This document shows positions 48,216 through 57,674 of a stretch of DNA of 64,000 nt, in pieces. This DNA comes from Gemmatales bacterium (GTDB taxonomy: Bacteria; Planctomycetota; Planctomycetia; Gemmatales; HRBIN36). A program made the position numbers and the translations under genes. Every line of letters begins with the position of its first letter. The first letter of the stretch is position 1. The stretch is taken from the NCBI GenBank assembly GCA_041640595.1, contig JBEPZY010000001.1:640001-704000 (forward strand), read 5' to 3'. The notes under the pieces are model-generated. The model ran no database searches, was not told the DNA's origin, and saw only the letters and a program-made list of their open reading frames with translations.

Positions 48216-51200
48216 ATGCTGGTAAGGCGGCTATACAACTGGTTACGGCAGCTCCTTGCAACCAAGTACAACAGCAAACATCCTTGCCTTTCTCGCTATA
48301 CGCATCTACAATGCGAACTCCTCGAAAGCCGTGCCTGTCCTGCTGAATTGCGTCCATCACCGCTATCAGCCTCCTCGGAATTGCGTCCATCACCGGCTAC
48401 GCCTCCCGCGCTCACAGCACCCAGTTTCACTCGAACGATTCCTATCACAGGCCCAACCACCATTACCAGGCCGGGTGTCTATCAACTTCAGAACGATATC
48501 GTGGTTCAATCGGGTGTTGCGCTCACCATCGCCGCAAGCGATGTGGTGATCGATCTGAACGGTTATTCTCTTATCGGGCCTGGCTCTGCTAACACCACCA
48601 GTATCGGTATTTGGGCCAGCAACCGTGACCGGATAACGATTCGTAATGGCACCATTGATAATTTCTTCTATGGTGTGTATCTGTCTGACTCCGCCGATTA
48701 CGTTGTATCACGCGGGACTTATTTCGATCAGGGTGGCCATGTCATCGAAAACGTGCGATTCTATGGTAATACTTTCCGTGCTATTCGCGTAGAAGGCGTC
48801 GCCAATGTAATCCGTGATAACATCATTTACGATACAGGCGGTAGCCGGGTTTATAATCCCACTTATGCCGCCGCTATAGAAACTTATGGCCCGGGCACAG
48901 TTGTCGAAAACAACGTCATTTATAATATCCGAGGCAATGGCTACGGAATTCTTGTAAGCAACCTCGGTGCAGGTTCAACCATTCAAAACAATATCATTAC
49001 TGCGACCGCGTATGCTCCTGTACCGAATTACTCCGCACTTGTAGAAGGCTTGCACGATCAAGCTATTACCTACGCCATTGCTGTTCGTGGGCCGACGACC
49101 AACGCCATTGTGTCCGCAAATACGGTTGCTAATTTCGATTATGGCATAGCTTTTCTCGACTCCGCACGAGGACTCATCGCGGACAACTCTGTGGCAAACA
49201 CCGCAATCCCATTTTTCGCGCCCTCTGGGGCAGGACCTGTCGTTCTTTCGGACACAAATACAGCCGACCGGTTGGACTATATCGTAGCTTCCGCCAATGG
49301 TCTCATTAGATCATCGGGGCGCCTATCTTTATCGCCTGCTCCCCGTCGCTCTATATCTAACTCATCGGTCGGTTCCCAATCTGCCGTGCGGCGCATAACG
49401 ACACCGACAGTGATTACCCAGCCGGGTTACTATCGCCTCGATGCTGATCTACGTGTAAGTTCCGGAATAGCCATTCAGATCGAAAGCGACGACGTAATAA
49501 TTGACCTCAACGGCCACGCTTTGATTGGTCCGGGCACAGCTTCTAACACCGCGATCGGCGTCTATGCTACCGGACGCAGCCGCATTCGCATTACCAATGG
49601 TTCTATAAGCGGATTTCAATATGGCATATACTTGGCAGATGGAGCTGATGCAGTCCTAGCTGGACGAGCTATTTTCGATAGCAGCGGCCATGTTATAGAG
49701 AATGTCGGGCTTTATGGTAATACTTTCCGAGCCATCCGAGTCGAAGGTCGAGGTAACGTAATCCGCAATAACATCATAGAGGATACCGGCGGTTGCAATC
49801 TCTATAGTCCTACTCTTGCCGCAGGAGTGGAAGTGCTTGGCCCGGGCAATATTGTGGCTCAAAATCACATCTACGCTATGCGTGGGCAAGGCGTGGCCAT
49901 TTACGTGAGTGCCTTGGCGAGCGGAACCGTCGTGCAAGCTAACACCGTAACGCAAGCTGACCTCGGTCCGTCGGCCGCATATCGGCCTTCTTACGAGGGC
50001 CTGATCAACCAGGCTGTGACCTGGGGTATCCGTAACGATGCGAATGGCGACCCAGTTCTGGTCGTCAAGAACACAGTCGCCAACTTTACTTACAACGTCG
50101 GCTTTACAAGCCCAGCAACAGGACTTATAGATCGGAATGTCTCCGCCGGATCTTCCATACCCTATTTCGCAGCCAACTCTTCCGTCTATTTCGCCTCCAC
50201 AAATATCGCCGACCGTGTGCCTGTTCTGACCACGCAGGATACTAACATCGGAAACGGAAGCACTAGCAACCCGTCACCGGCCCGTATTGTGTTTGCCACT
50301 GGCGCTGGAGATGTCTATCCCGTCAGCGGGCCGATGACAATTACCCGACCAGGAATCTATGTCCTGCAACATGATATTCTCTATAGCGGTAACGGCTCAG
50401 CCATCACCATCAACACTAGCAACGTAACCCTTGATTTAAACGGCTATCAGATCATTGGTCCAGGAACATCGAGCAACACGGCCATTGGAGTTTATGCGCG
50501 GAACCGAGATCAAATCACAATCCGCAATGGTACTGTTCGGGGCTTTATGTATGGGATTTACATATCCGATGATTCCGACCGTGCGCTATCCGGTACCGGA
50601 TTCGATCAGGGACGTCACGTCATCGAAAATTTGCGGTTGATCGGCAATACCTTCAGAGGTATCCGCATAGAAGGGCGGGGTAACATGGTTCGTAATAACG
50701 TCGTAGAGGACACCGGCGGGACTTCCGTATATATTAGTCCAGTCGTTATGGGCATCGAGTCACTGGGTCCAGGAGCTTTGATAGCGGACAACTATGTTTA
50801 TGCCATCCGTGGCCATGGTTATGGCATTGCGGTGACAGGATATGGAGGCGGTACAATCATCGCTAACAATAAATTGAGTAATAGCAGTCTCTCGCCGACC
50901 TGGAGCTACAGGCCCGGGACAGATGGGGTGGTTTTTAACAGCAGCACCTATGGGATTTACGTTGGCGATAAAAACAACAGCGTGATTGTGCAGGATAATG
51001 ACATCATAAATTATAGGGTGGGAATCGCTTATCACCCGAATAGTGGCGGGTTAATTGCTGCTAATGCGATCACCCAGGCTCAAATAGCAATATATACTCC
51101 AGGGCGGCCCGATCCACTTGTAGTTCCTGCTCCGAATAACTCTATGGATCCGGGTAACGGCGTGGTAACCACGGAAATTGATTTACTCCCTACTAACAGC

Positions 51201-52160
51201 GCGACTGTCGCACCTTCGCAACTCAATGGCTATAGCGACGTAAGGCAAGGAGTCGTTCCTGTATATGCGCCGGTAGTAATCACCGCGCCGGGCAAATATG
51301 TTTTACAAAATGATATTAGGGTTACACGTGGGATAGGCATAGAAATTCGTGCCAGCGATGTCGTGATTGATCTCAATGGATTCAGCATCATAGGACCGGG
51401 CACTAAAGACACGAGGGCTATCGGTATCTACGCATTCAAGCAAAACCGCATTGAAATACGCAACGGCACAATCCAAGGTTTTTTGTATGGAGTGTTGCTT
51501 AGTGCTAATCAAGATAATGTGGTACGGAATCGCACCGGTTTCGCTAATGGTGGACACCTGATATCAAATTTGCGACTAGTGAATAACACTTTTAGAGGCA
51601 TGCGAATCGAAGGGCGCGGGAACATCGTGCGCAATAATTTGGTAATCAACACGGGTGGAACCAGCGTGCATCTAAGCGGATATGCTTTTGGGATTGAAGT
51701 TACAGGACCTGGGTCTCTGGTTGAGAACAACGTTGTTTATAACAGCATCGGTACAGGGCAAACAAGCGAGGGTGTAGGGATCAGCGTTTCGACGTTAGGT
51801 GGCGGGAGTGTGGTTCGCAGCAACATAGTGGCCAATAGCGGCTTATCACCGATTCCTAATTACGCACCCTGGCCTGGCGACTCGCCTTCTACGTGGGGTA
51901 TTTGGATCGGCGACACTGCGGGTGAGTCTGCCAAACCTAATAATACGTCGGGAATTCTGCATGCCAATCTTATTATCAATGCTCGATATGGAATAACCAT
52001 TCATCCAATGTCGAGGGGTTTAATGGCCAGAAACACTGCGGTGGGTGCCATTGTTCCGTTTTATACACCGGTTAGGATAGGTCCGCCCTTGAATTCAGCC
52101 GATGAGACTAACCAGGCGGACAAAAGTCCAGCAGTTTACACAGTTGAGGCAAACTATTAA
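48216..52160 (+). CDS. Large secreted right-handed beta-helix protein with four tandem modules
   Basis: ELLESRACP planctomycete secretion-type motif. Four modules each carrying IT.PG.Y.L..D, DLNG..IGPG and NTFR.(I/M)R.EG. Confidence 0.8.
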   Translation: MLVRRLYNWLRQLLATKYNSKHPCLSRYTHLQCELLESRACPAELRPSPLSASSELRPSPATPPALTAPSFTRTIPITGPTTITRPGVYQLQNDIVVQSGVALTIAASDVVIDLNGYSLIGPGSANTTSIGIWASNRDRITIRNGTIDNFFYGVYLSDSADYVVSRGTYFDQGGHVIENVRFYGNTFRAIRVEGVANVIRDNIIYDTGGSRVYNPTYAAAIETYGPGTVVENNVIYNIRGNGYGILVSNLGAGSTIQNNIITATAYAPVPNYSALVEGLHDQAITYAIAVRGPTTNAIVSANTVANFDYGIAFLDSARGLIADNSVANTAIPFFAPSGAGPVVLSDTNTADRLDYIVASANGLIRSSGRLSLSPAPRRSISNSSVGSQSAVRRITTPTVITQPGYYRLDADLRVSSGIAIQIESDDVIIDLNGHALIGPGTASNTAIGVYATGRSRIRITNGSISGFQYGIYLADGADAVLAGRAIFDSSGHVIENVGLYGNTFRAIRVEGRGNVIRNNIIEDTGGCNLYSPTLAAGVEVLGPGNIVAQNHIYAMRGQGVAIYVSALASGTVVQANTVTQADLGPSAAYRPSYEGLINQAVTWGIRNDANGDPVLVVKNTVANFTYNVGFTSPATGLIDRNVSAGSSIPYFAANSSVYFASTNIADRVPVLTTQDTNIGNGSTSNPSPARIVFATGAGDVYPVSGPMTITRPGIYVLQHDILYSGNGSAITINTSNVTLDLNGYQIIGPGTSSNTAIGVYARNRDQITIRNGTVRGFMYGIYISDDSDRALSGTGFDQGRHVIENLRLIGNTFRGIRIEGRGNMVRNNVVEDTGGTSVYISPVVMGIESLGPGALIADNYVYAIRGHGYGIAVTGYGGGTIIANNKLSNSSLSPTWSYRPGTDGVVFNSSTYGIYVGDKNNSVIVQDNDIINYRVGIAYHPNSGGLIAANAITQAQIAIYTPGRPDPLVVPAPNNSMDPGNGVVTTEIDLLPTNSATVAPSQLNGYSDVRQGVVPVYAPVVITAPGKYVLQNDIRVTRGIGIEIRASDVVIDLNGFSIIGPGTKDTRAIGIYAFKQNRIEIRNGTIQGFLYGVLLSANQDNVVRNRTGFANGGHLISNLRLVNNTFRGMRIEGRGNIVRNNLVINTGGTSVHLSGYAFGIEVTGPGSLVENNVVYNSIGTGQTSEGVGISVSTLGGGSVVRSNIVANSGLSPIPNYAPWPGDSPSTWGIWIGDTAGESAKPNNTSGILHANLIINARYGITIHPMSRGLMARNTAVGAIVPFYTPVRIGPPLNSADETNQADKSPAVYTVEANY

Positions 52161-52223
52161 TAGTGGCTGACGCTGAGCGAGGTAAAAGCGTTTTGATGCG
52201 CTTGGTGCTGCGAAAATTACTCA

Positions 52224-53597
52224 TCATCGGATTGCTTCGGGTTCAGAGGAGCTTGGTGGAGTTTGCGGCGGCCGGAAAAACAGAGCAAGCACAAGTGCCG
52301 CCGTAAAGGCTACACCGGCTGGCCAAAGTAGCATGTCTTGGAATTTATATTCCAGGCTGCCCTGGGGTTCGGGCAGCTTGTAAGCTTCACCAAGCTGAGC
52401 GGCAGCAAAGTTCCCCAAAAAAAACCCTATTCCCAGGATTAGGACGTTATATAGACCTTGAGCGCTGGAGCGGGCATCCTTAGGGAAATATTGATCCACA
52501 AAAATATAGACCGTAGCGAAAAAGAATGCGTAACAGATGCCGTGCAAGAGATTAGCTGCAATAGCCACCCAGGGATAAGGCCAAAGAGCGAAAGCCGTGA
52601 AACGGATAGCATGGCCCAGAATGCCCAGGGTCATGGTCCACCGCCAGCCGAGACGTTTTAGAGTCCAGCCGAGAATGGCCATGGTGAAAATTTCTGCAAT
52701 CTGGCCGACGCTCATGACCGGCATGACCCAGTTGCCGGGAATGCCAACGGCTTGCTCTAAATAACGCTGGGCCCAGAAAAAGTACGTTTGATGAACGGCA
52801 GCATCGAAAAACGTAATTATGAACAGTAACAAGAACGCCGGTACACGCAGGTATTTGATCGCCTCGAGCCAGGCGAGGCGTTCGACAGACATGTCAGCCC
52901 GTCTCGGAGGCGTATGAGGCAGCGTCAGGCTGAATCCGGCAAGCAATAAGGAGGCCAAACCCGCAGCAATAAAAGTGTAACCTGTGGCTTGGCGAAGAGC
53001 GGCTCCCTGCTTGGACGTTCCCAATACCATGCCGAACCAATGGACAAGTTCCTCCAACCAGGTGGTCAAGTTGGTGTCGGAGAACGAGGGAAACGCTGGA
53101 ATGCGATCCCAATCGGCGAGAAGAAACACGAACGGCAAGCTGGGAGCGATCCAGCCAATGGTACCCCACAGGCGCACCAGCCCGAAATCGCGCTGGGGAT
53201 CGGGCAAATGTGTGAAGGCGATGGAATTGGTGATTGAAATGGTCGGCACGTAAAACAGAGAATGCACTAGCATTGCGAGAAAGAAGAGCCAAAACCGGAC
53301 GTCTGTTTCGAGTTTCAAGGCAGCGATGAAGGGCAGAGTCATGATTGCCAGACCGCCGACCAAATGACTAAAGGCGACGAAACGTTCAGCAGCGAAGTGG
53401 CGGTCAGCAAATTGCGTGAAGAAGAAAAGAGCCGTTACAGCGGCTATGTTGAAAGCTCCGAGGATCAGCGGTTGCTGCCACTGGGCGTTAAATTCCAGAC
53501 TTGCCAGATAACCAGGAATGAGTGGGAGCCAGGCACCCCAGATGAAGAATTCCAAAAACATCATCACGGAAAGTTTCCAGCGAGCGCCGGATGGCAT
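52224..53597 (-). CDS. MFS nucleoside:H+ symporter family permease
   Basis: LSVMMFLEFFIWGAW, DFGLVRLWGTIGW, GQIAEI and LLHGICYAFFF. Confidence 0.88.
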   Translation of the reverse strand: MPSGARWKLSVMMFLEFFIWGAWLPLIPGYLASLEFNAQWQQPLILGAFNIAAVTALFFFTQFADRHFAAERFVAFSHLVGGLAIMTLPFIAALKLETDVRFWLFFLAMLVHSLFYVPTISITNSIAFTHLPDPQRDFGLVRLWGTIGWIAPSLPFVFLLADWDRIPAFPSFSDTNLTTWLEELVHWFGMVLGTSKQGAALRQATGYTFIAAGLASLLLAGFSLTLPHTPPRRADMSVERLAWLEAIKYLRVPAFLLLFIITFFDAAVHQTYFFWAQRYLEQAVGIPGNWVMPVMSVGQIAEIFTMAILGWTLKRLGWRWTMTLGILGHAIRFTAFALWPYPWVAIAANLLHGICYAFFFATVYIFVDQYFPKDARSSAQGLYNVLILGIGFFLGNFAAAQLGEAYKLPEPQGSLEYKFQDMLLWPAGVAFTAALVLALFFRPPQTPPSSSEPEAIR

Positions 53598-53719
53598 GGG
53601 AGTTCCTCCGAGTTCTTCTAGCGTGGCAGGAAGGGCTGACTGAACCTATGTTGTAATGCCAGATAGGGTAGAGCGGCAACACAAAAATGCAGCCATGGAA
53701 TTGCTGCAGGGAGGAAAGT

Positions 53720-56215
53720 ATGCAATGGCTGGCGGCAGGTTTGCTGGCATTGGTGGCCAGCAGTCTCTGGCTGGGTTGGAGGAACTGGTGGCGGCGTGGC
53801 TTGCCGCAACTCAGTGGCCGCATCGTCATGCCCGGACTACGGGCCCCAGTGGAAATTCTCCGCGACCGCTGGGGCGTACCACACATCTTCGCAACCAGCG
53901 AACAGGACCTAGTGTTTGCGCAGGGCGTGGTACATGCTCAAGACCGGCTCTGGCAAATGGAAATGTTCCGCCGGCTTGGTCATGGTCGTCTCAGCGAAAT
54001 TTTCGGGGAAGCGGCTTTGCTTCTGGACAAGCCTGCCCGCATCCTGGGCTGGAGTGAATCGGCCGAGCGGGACTGGCAAAGCCTTGACGAATCCACGCGG
54101 CAATTGTTGCAGAGCTACGCTAACGGGGTAAATGCGATGCTGATTCGTATGACAAGAAAGCTACCCCCAGAATTCCGTTTGCTGCGTTATTTGCCGGAAC
54201 CCTGGCAACCGACGGATACACTTGTGTGGTCAAAAGTCATGAGTTGGGGCCTGTCCGTGAACTGGATTTCCGAGGTATTGCATTCGGTGCTGGTATCACG
54301 ATTGGGAGCACAACGCGCTGCCGAGTTAGTAGAGGAATATCCGCTGGAGCATCCAGTGATCATGGCGGAGCAAACCGTGCGGCAGTTTGCGGAAGAATTA
54401 CATGCAGAACTCAGTTTGCCGGAACAGCTGGCGGGCTGGCCAGCACTAGGTATGCTGAGCAATGCCTGGGTGGTTAGTGGTCAGCGAAGCGAAAGCGGAT
54501 TTCCCTTGCTGGCCGGGGATCCGCACTTAAGTGTTCAAATGCCTGGCTTGTGGTACGAATGCCACCTGCAATGTCCGCAATGGGAGGTGATAGGAGCAGG
54601 AATTGCTGGAGCGCCGGGAATTGTTATCGGCCATAATGCCGATATTGCCTGGTCGCTAACGGCCGCTTTGCCCGACACGCAAGACCTGTACTGGGAACGT
54701 ATTCGCCAGAATGGAAGTTTGGAGGTGGAGCATTGCGGACAGTGGAAATCCGTTGAGGTACGCCATGTGCCCATTCGTGTGCGTGGCTGGAAAAGACCCG
54801 CCTGGGTGGATGTAATTCGCACCCGACACGGCCCAATTATCAATGCTTTATTGCCGTCACGGTCGTCGCCAGCACAATGGTTTCCAGAAAGGATACGCAC
54901 ACTGTTTGAACCGCTGGCGCTAAGACACACGGCCGATGAACCAAACCTGATCGCTCGCGCTATCCTCAAGTTGAACCGTGCCCGAAACTGGGAGGAATTT
55001 CGTGAAGCGCTGCGCGACTGGACGAGTCCGCCGCAATGTTTCATCTACGCCGACCGTATGGGCAACATCGGCTTCCAAATGGCCGGCCTAGTGCCAGTCC
55101 GGCGACAGGGATTCGGTCAGATTCCCAAGCCCGGTTGGACGGATGAGTATGAGTGGCAGGGCTGGATACCATTCGAGCAGTTACCGCACGAGTATAACCC
55201 ACCACGTGGATGGATCGTTTCGGCCAATCACGCTGTTGCGGGTAAGGAATATCCGTATTTTTTGACGCGAGAACCGCTGAATGGTTATCGGGCCAAACGC
55301 ATTATTGAACTGTTGCAATCCCAGCCGCGCCATAACCTCCAGAGCTTTCGGCGCATTCAGCTTGACCAGCACTGCGATGCGGCAAGGCCATTCCTGGAAA
55401 TGGTGCGACAGCATAGCGAGCAACTGGTACAAAACTCCCGTGTCCGCAGTTACGGGCAGCTGGCCGCGAATGCACTGCAAGCGTTCTTGAGCTGGGATTT
55501 GGTGCTGGACTCGCAAAGTGTCGGCGGCACCATTTACGAGGTGTGGTTGCAGTTCGTATGCGAGAGATTGTATCGGCCATGGTTGGGAGAATGGACGCCG
55601 TTTTTCCTGGGCCTGGGATTTCATCCTGTGTTGAATCCGGCGGCATTACCGTTTCTGGATCGCTCTGCCCTCACAGCCATTCGCCTGCTGTCTTCGCCAA
55701 CAGCGGCTGGCTGGTGCCGGGATGAATCCGGGCAGCCGTGTTCCGTTACCGAATTGCTCGCGCTGGCCTTCGCCGATACGCTTGCTTACCTTTCTAAGAG
55801 ACTTGGCAGGGGGGTTCATCGCTGGCAATGGGGTAAACTGCACCGCGTGGAATTCCGCCATGTTCTGGGCCAGCAAAAACTGCTCGGCCGGTTTTTCAAT
55901 CGCGGCCCGTATGCCTACGGAGGCGATGTCAATACTGTCTGGCAGGCGTCGTTTACTCCCAACTGGCTCACGGGCACGCCCCAGGGTTTTACAGCTTCCT
56001 ACCGGCAGTTGTTCGACCTGACGGACTGGGATAGCGCCCTGGCTATCCATACCACCGGACAAAGCGGTCATCCCGCCAGCCGGCACTATGATGACTTCAT
56101 TCCGCTCTGGCTGAAAGGCGAGTATCACCCCTTGCTATGGTCGCGGCAAAAAATTGAACAATTCCTGGAAGGGCGGCTCGTCTTAGAACCGGCGACGTCG
56201 GAGGAAACAGCATGA
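53720..56215 (+). CDS. Penicillin acylase/AHL-acylase family Ntn hydrolase
   Basis: [23 protein letters not shown] nucleophile, DPHL and [11 protein letters not shown]. Confidence 0.93.
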   Translation: MQWLAAGLLALVASSLWLGWRNWWRRGLPQLSGRIVMPGLRAPVEILRDRWGVPHIFATSEQDLVFAQGVVHAQDRLWQMEMFRRLGHGRLSEIFGEAALLLDKPARILGWSESAERDWQSLDESTRQLLQSYANGVNAMLIRMTRKLPPEFRLLRYLPEPWQPTDTLVWSKVMSWGLSVNWISEVLHSVLVSRLGAQRAAELVEEYPLEHPVIMAEQTVRQFAEELHAELSLPEQLAGWPALGMLSNAWVVSGQRSESGFPLLAGDPHLSVQMPGLWYECHLQCPQWEVIGAGIAGAPGIVIGHNADIAWSLTAALPDTQDLYWERIRQNGSLEVEHCGQWKSVEVRHVPIRVRGWKRPAWVDVIRTRHGPIINALLPSRSSPAQWFPERIRTLFEPLALRHTADEPNLIARAILKLNRARNWEEFREALRDWTSPPQCFIYADRMGNIGFQMAGLVPVRRQGFGQIPKPGWTDEYEWQGWIPFEQLPHEYNPPRGWIVSANHAVAGKEYPYFLTREPLNGYRAKRIIELLQSQPRHNLQSFRRIQLDQHCDAARPFLEMVRQHSEQLVQNSRVRSYGQLAANALQAFLSWDLVLDSQSVGGTIYEVWLQFVCERLYRPWLGEWTPFFLGLGFHPVLNPAALPFLDRSALTAIRLLSSPTAAGWCRDESGQPCSVTELLALAFADTLAYLSKRLGRGVHRWQWGKLHRVEFRHVLGQQKLLGRFFNRGPYAYGGDVNTVWQASFTPNWLTGTPQGFTASYRQLFDLTDWDSALAIHTTGQSGHPASRHYDDFIPLWLKGEYHPLLWSRQKIEQFLEGRLVLEPATSEETA

Positions 56216-57408
56216 CTGCTGTGCGCATGGCCGAACATTTGCGAGGACAACTGGAGCAATTACGCCAAACAGGCCTGTACAAGACCGAACGCGTCATCAC
56301 CTCCCCGCAAGGAGCGGAGATCAAAACGGCAGGCCGACAGGTTCTGAATTTTTGTGCCAACAATTACCTCGGTCTGGCTACTCACCCGGCTCTGGTTAAG
56401 GCTGCGCAACAAGCGCTGGATAAGGCCGGTTTTGGTATGGCTTCGGTGCGCTTTATCTGCGGCACCCACGAACTGCACAAACAACTCGAAACCGCTATCG
56501 CCCAATTTTATCAAAAGGACGACGCTATCCTGTACACTTCCTGTTTTGATGCGAACGGAGGTTTCTTCGAAGCGTTGCTCGGTGAAGAGGACACCGTTCT
56601 GAGCGATGAGTTGAACCACGCCAGTATTATTGACGGTATCCGTCTGTGCAAAGCGAAACGGCGACGGTACCGGCATTCCGACATGGGCGACCTTGAGGCC
56701 GGGCTTAAAGAAGCCCAGAGCAGTCGTTTTCGAGTAATCGTAACCGATGGTGTCTTTTCTATGGATGGTGATCTAGCGCGGTTGCCAGATATTTGCGAGT
56801 TAGCCGACAAATACGACGCTCTGGTCATGGTGGATGACAGTCATGCTACAGGTGTGCTGGGAAAACATGGACGTGGCACGGCGGAATTGCTGGGTGTCGA
56901 GCAACGTGTGGATGTGATTACGAGTACGCTGGGCAAAGCGCTTGGTGGAGCGGTAGGCGGTTTCACTGTCGCGCGCCGGGAAATCGTCGAATGGTTGCGC
57001 CAGCGCTCGCGACCGTATCTATTTTCCAACGCATTACCTCCTGCCGTATGTGCTGCCACACTTGCTGCGTTGCAGATTGTTAGCAGCGAGGAAGGTAAGC
57101 GCCTGCGTCAGCGTTTGAACGAGCACGCTGAATGGTTGCGGCAATCGCTGACCAAGGCCGGTTTCACACTCAAACCGGGCCAGCATCCGATCATTCCGGT
57201 CATGCTCGGGGAGGCGGCACTGGCGGTGCGTATGGCCGATGATTTGCTGCAAGAAGGCATTTACGTGATCGGTTTCAGTTACCCCGTTGTGCCGCAGGGT
57301 CAGGCACGAATACGTATCCAGGTCTCGGCACTTCACGAGCAAGAAGATTTGGAACGGGCTGTTGCCGCCTTTTGCCATGTCGGTCGCAAGCTCGGTGTGA
57401 TTCCTTGA
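56212..57408 (+). CDS. kbl: Glycine C-acetyltransferase (2-amino-3-ketobutyrate CoA ligase)
   Basis: [31 protein letters not shown] and ARIRIQVSA. Confidence 0.95.
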   Translation: MTAVRMAEHLRGQLEQLRQTGLYKTERVITSPQGAEIKTAGRQVLNFCANNYLGLATHPALVKAAQQALDKAGFGMASVRFICGTHELHKQLETAIAQFYQKDDAILYTSCFDANGGFFEALLGEEDTVLSDELNHASIIDGIRLCKAKRRRYRHSDMGDLEAGLKEAQSSRFRVIVTDGVFSMDGDLARLPDICELADKYDALVMVDDSHATGVLGKHGRGTAELLGVEQRVDVITSTLGKALGGAVGGFTVARREIVEWLRQRSRPYLFSNALPPAVCAATLAALQIVSSEEGKRLRQRLNEHAEWLRQSLTKAGFTLKPGQHPIIPVMLGEAALAVRMADDLLQEGIYVIGFSYPVVPQGQARIRIQVSALHEQEDLERAVAAFCHVGRKLGVIP

Positions 57409-57445
57409 GTTCCGCGAACCGACGGGTTTTCCATAACGTGGGGCT

Positions 57446-57539
57446 GAGAGCGATTTTGAATCCTGTCGAAACAGGGATGCCTCGGCTCGCAGATACACTG
57501 ACTGCCTAGCGGAGAGCGTTCCTGGCTCCTGTCGAAACA
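57446..57539. repeat. Two-copy 28-nt imperfect direct repeat (period 66)
   Basis: GAGAGCGattttgaaTCCTGTCGAAACA at 57446 vs GAGAGCGttcctggcTCCTGTCGAAACA at 57512, 23/28 identical. Confidence 0.7.
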
Positions 57540-57674
57540 CCCGCCCCATCTTCGCTCAGTAGTGTCCGGTTCGACCTGAACCAAGGTTTGGGAGAATCAG
57601 GTCTGAACCATAACTGGAGGTCTGGGGAGTTCCTGGGGAATCTCTTACACTAATCGCAAGGCTGGTAATGATGG

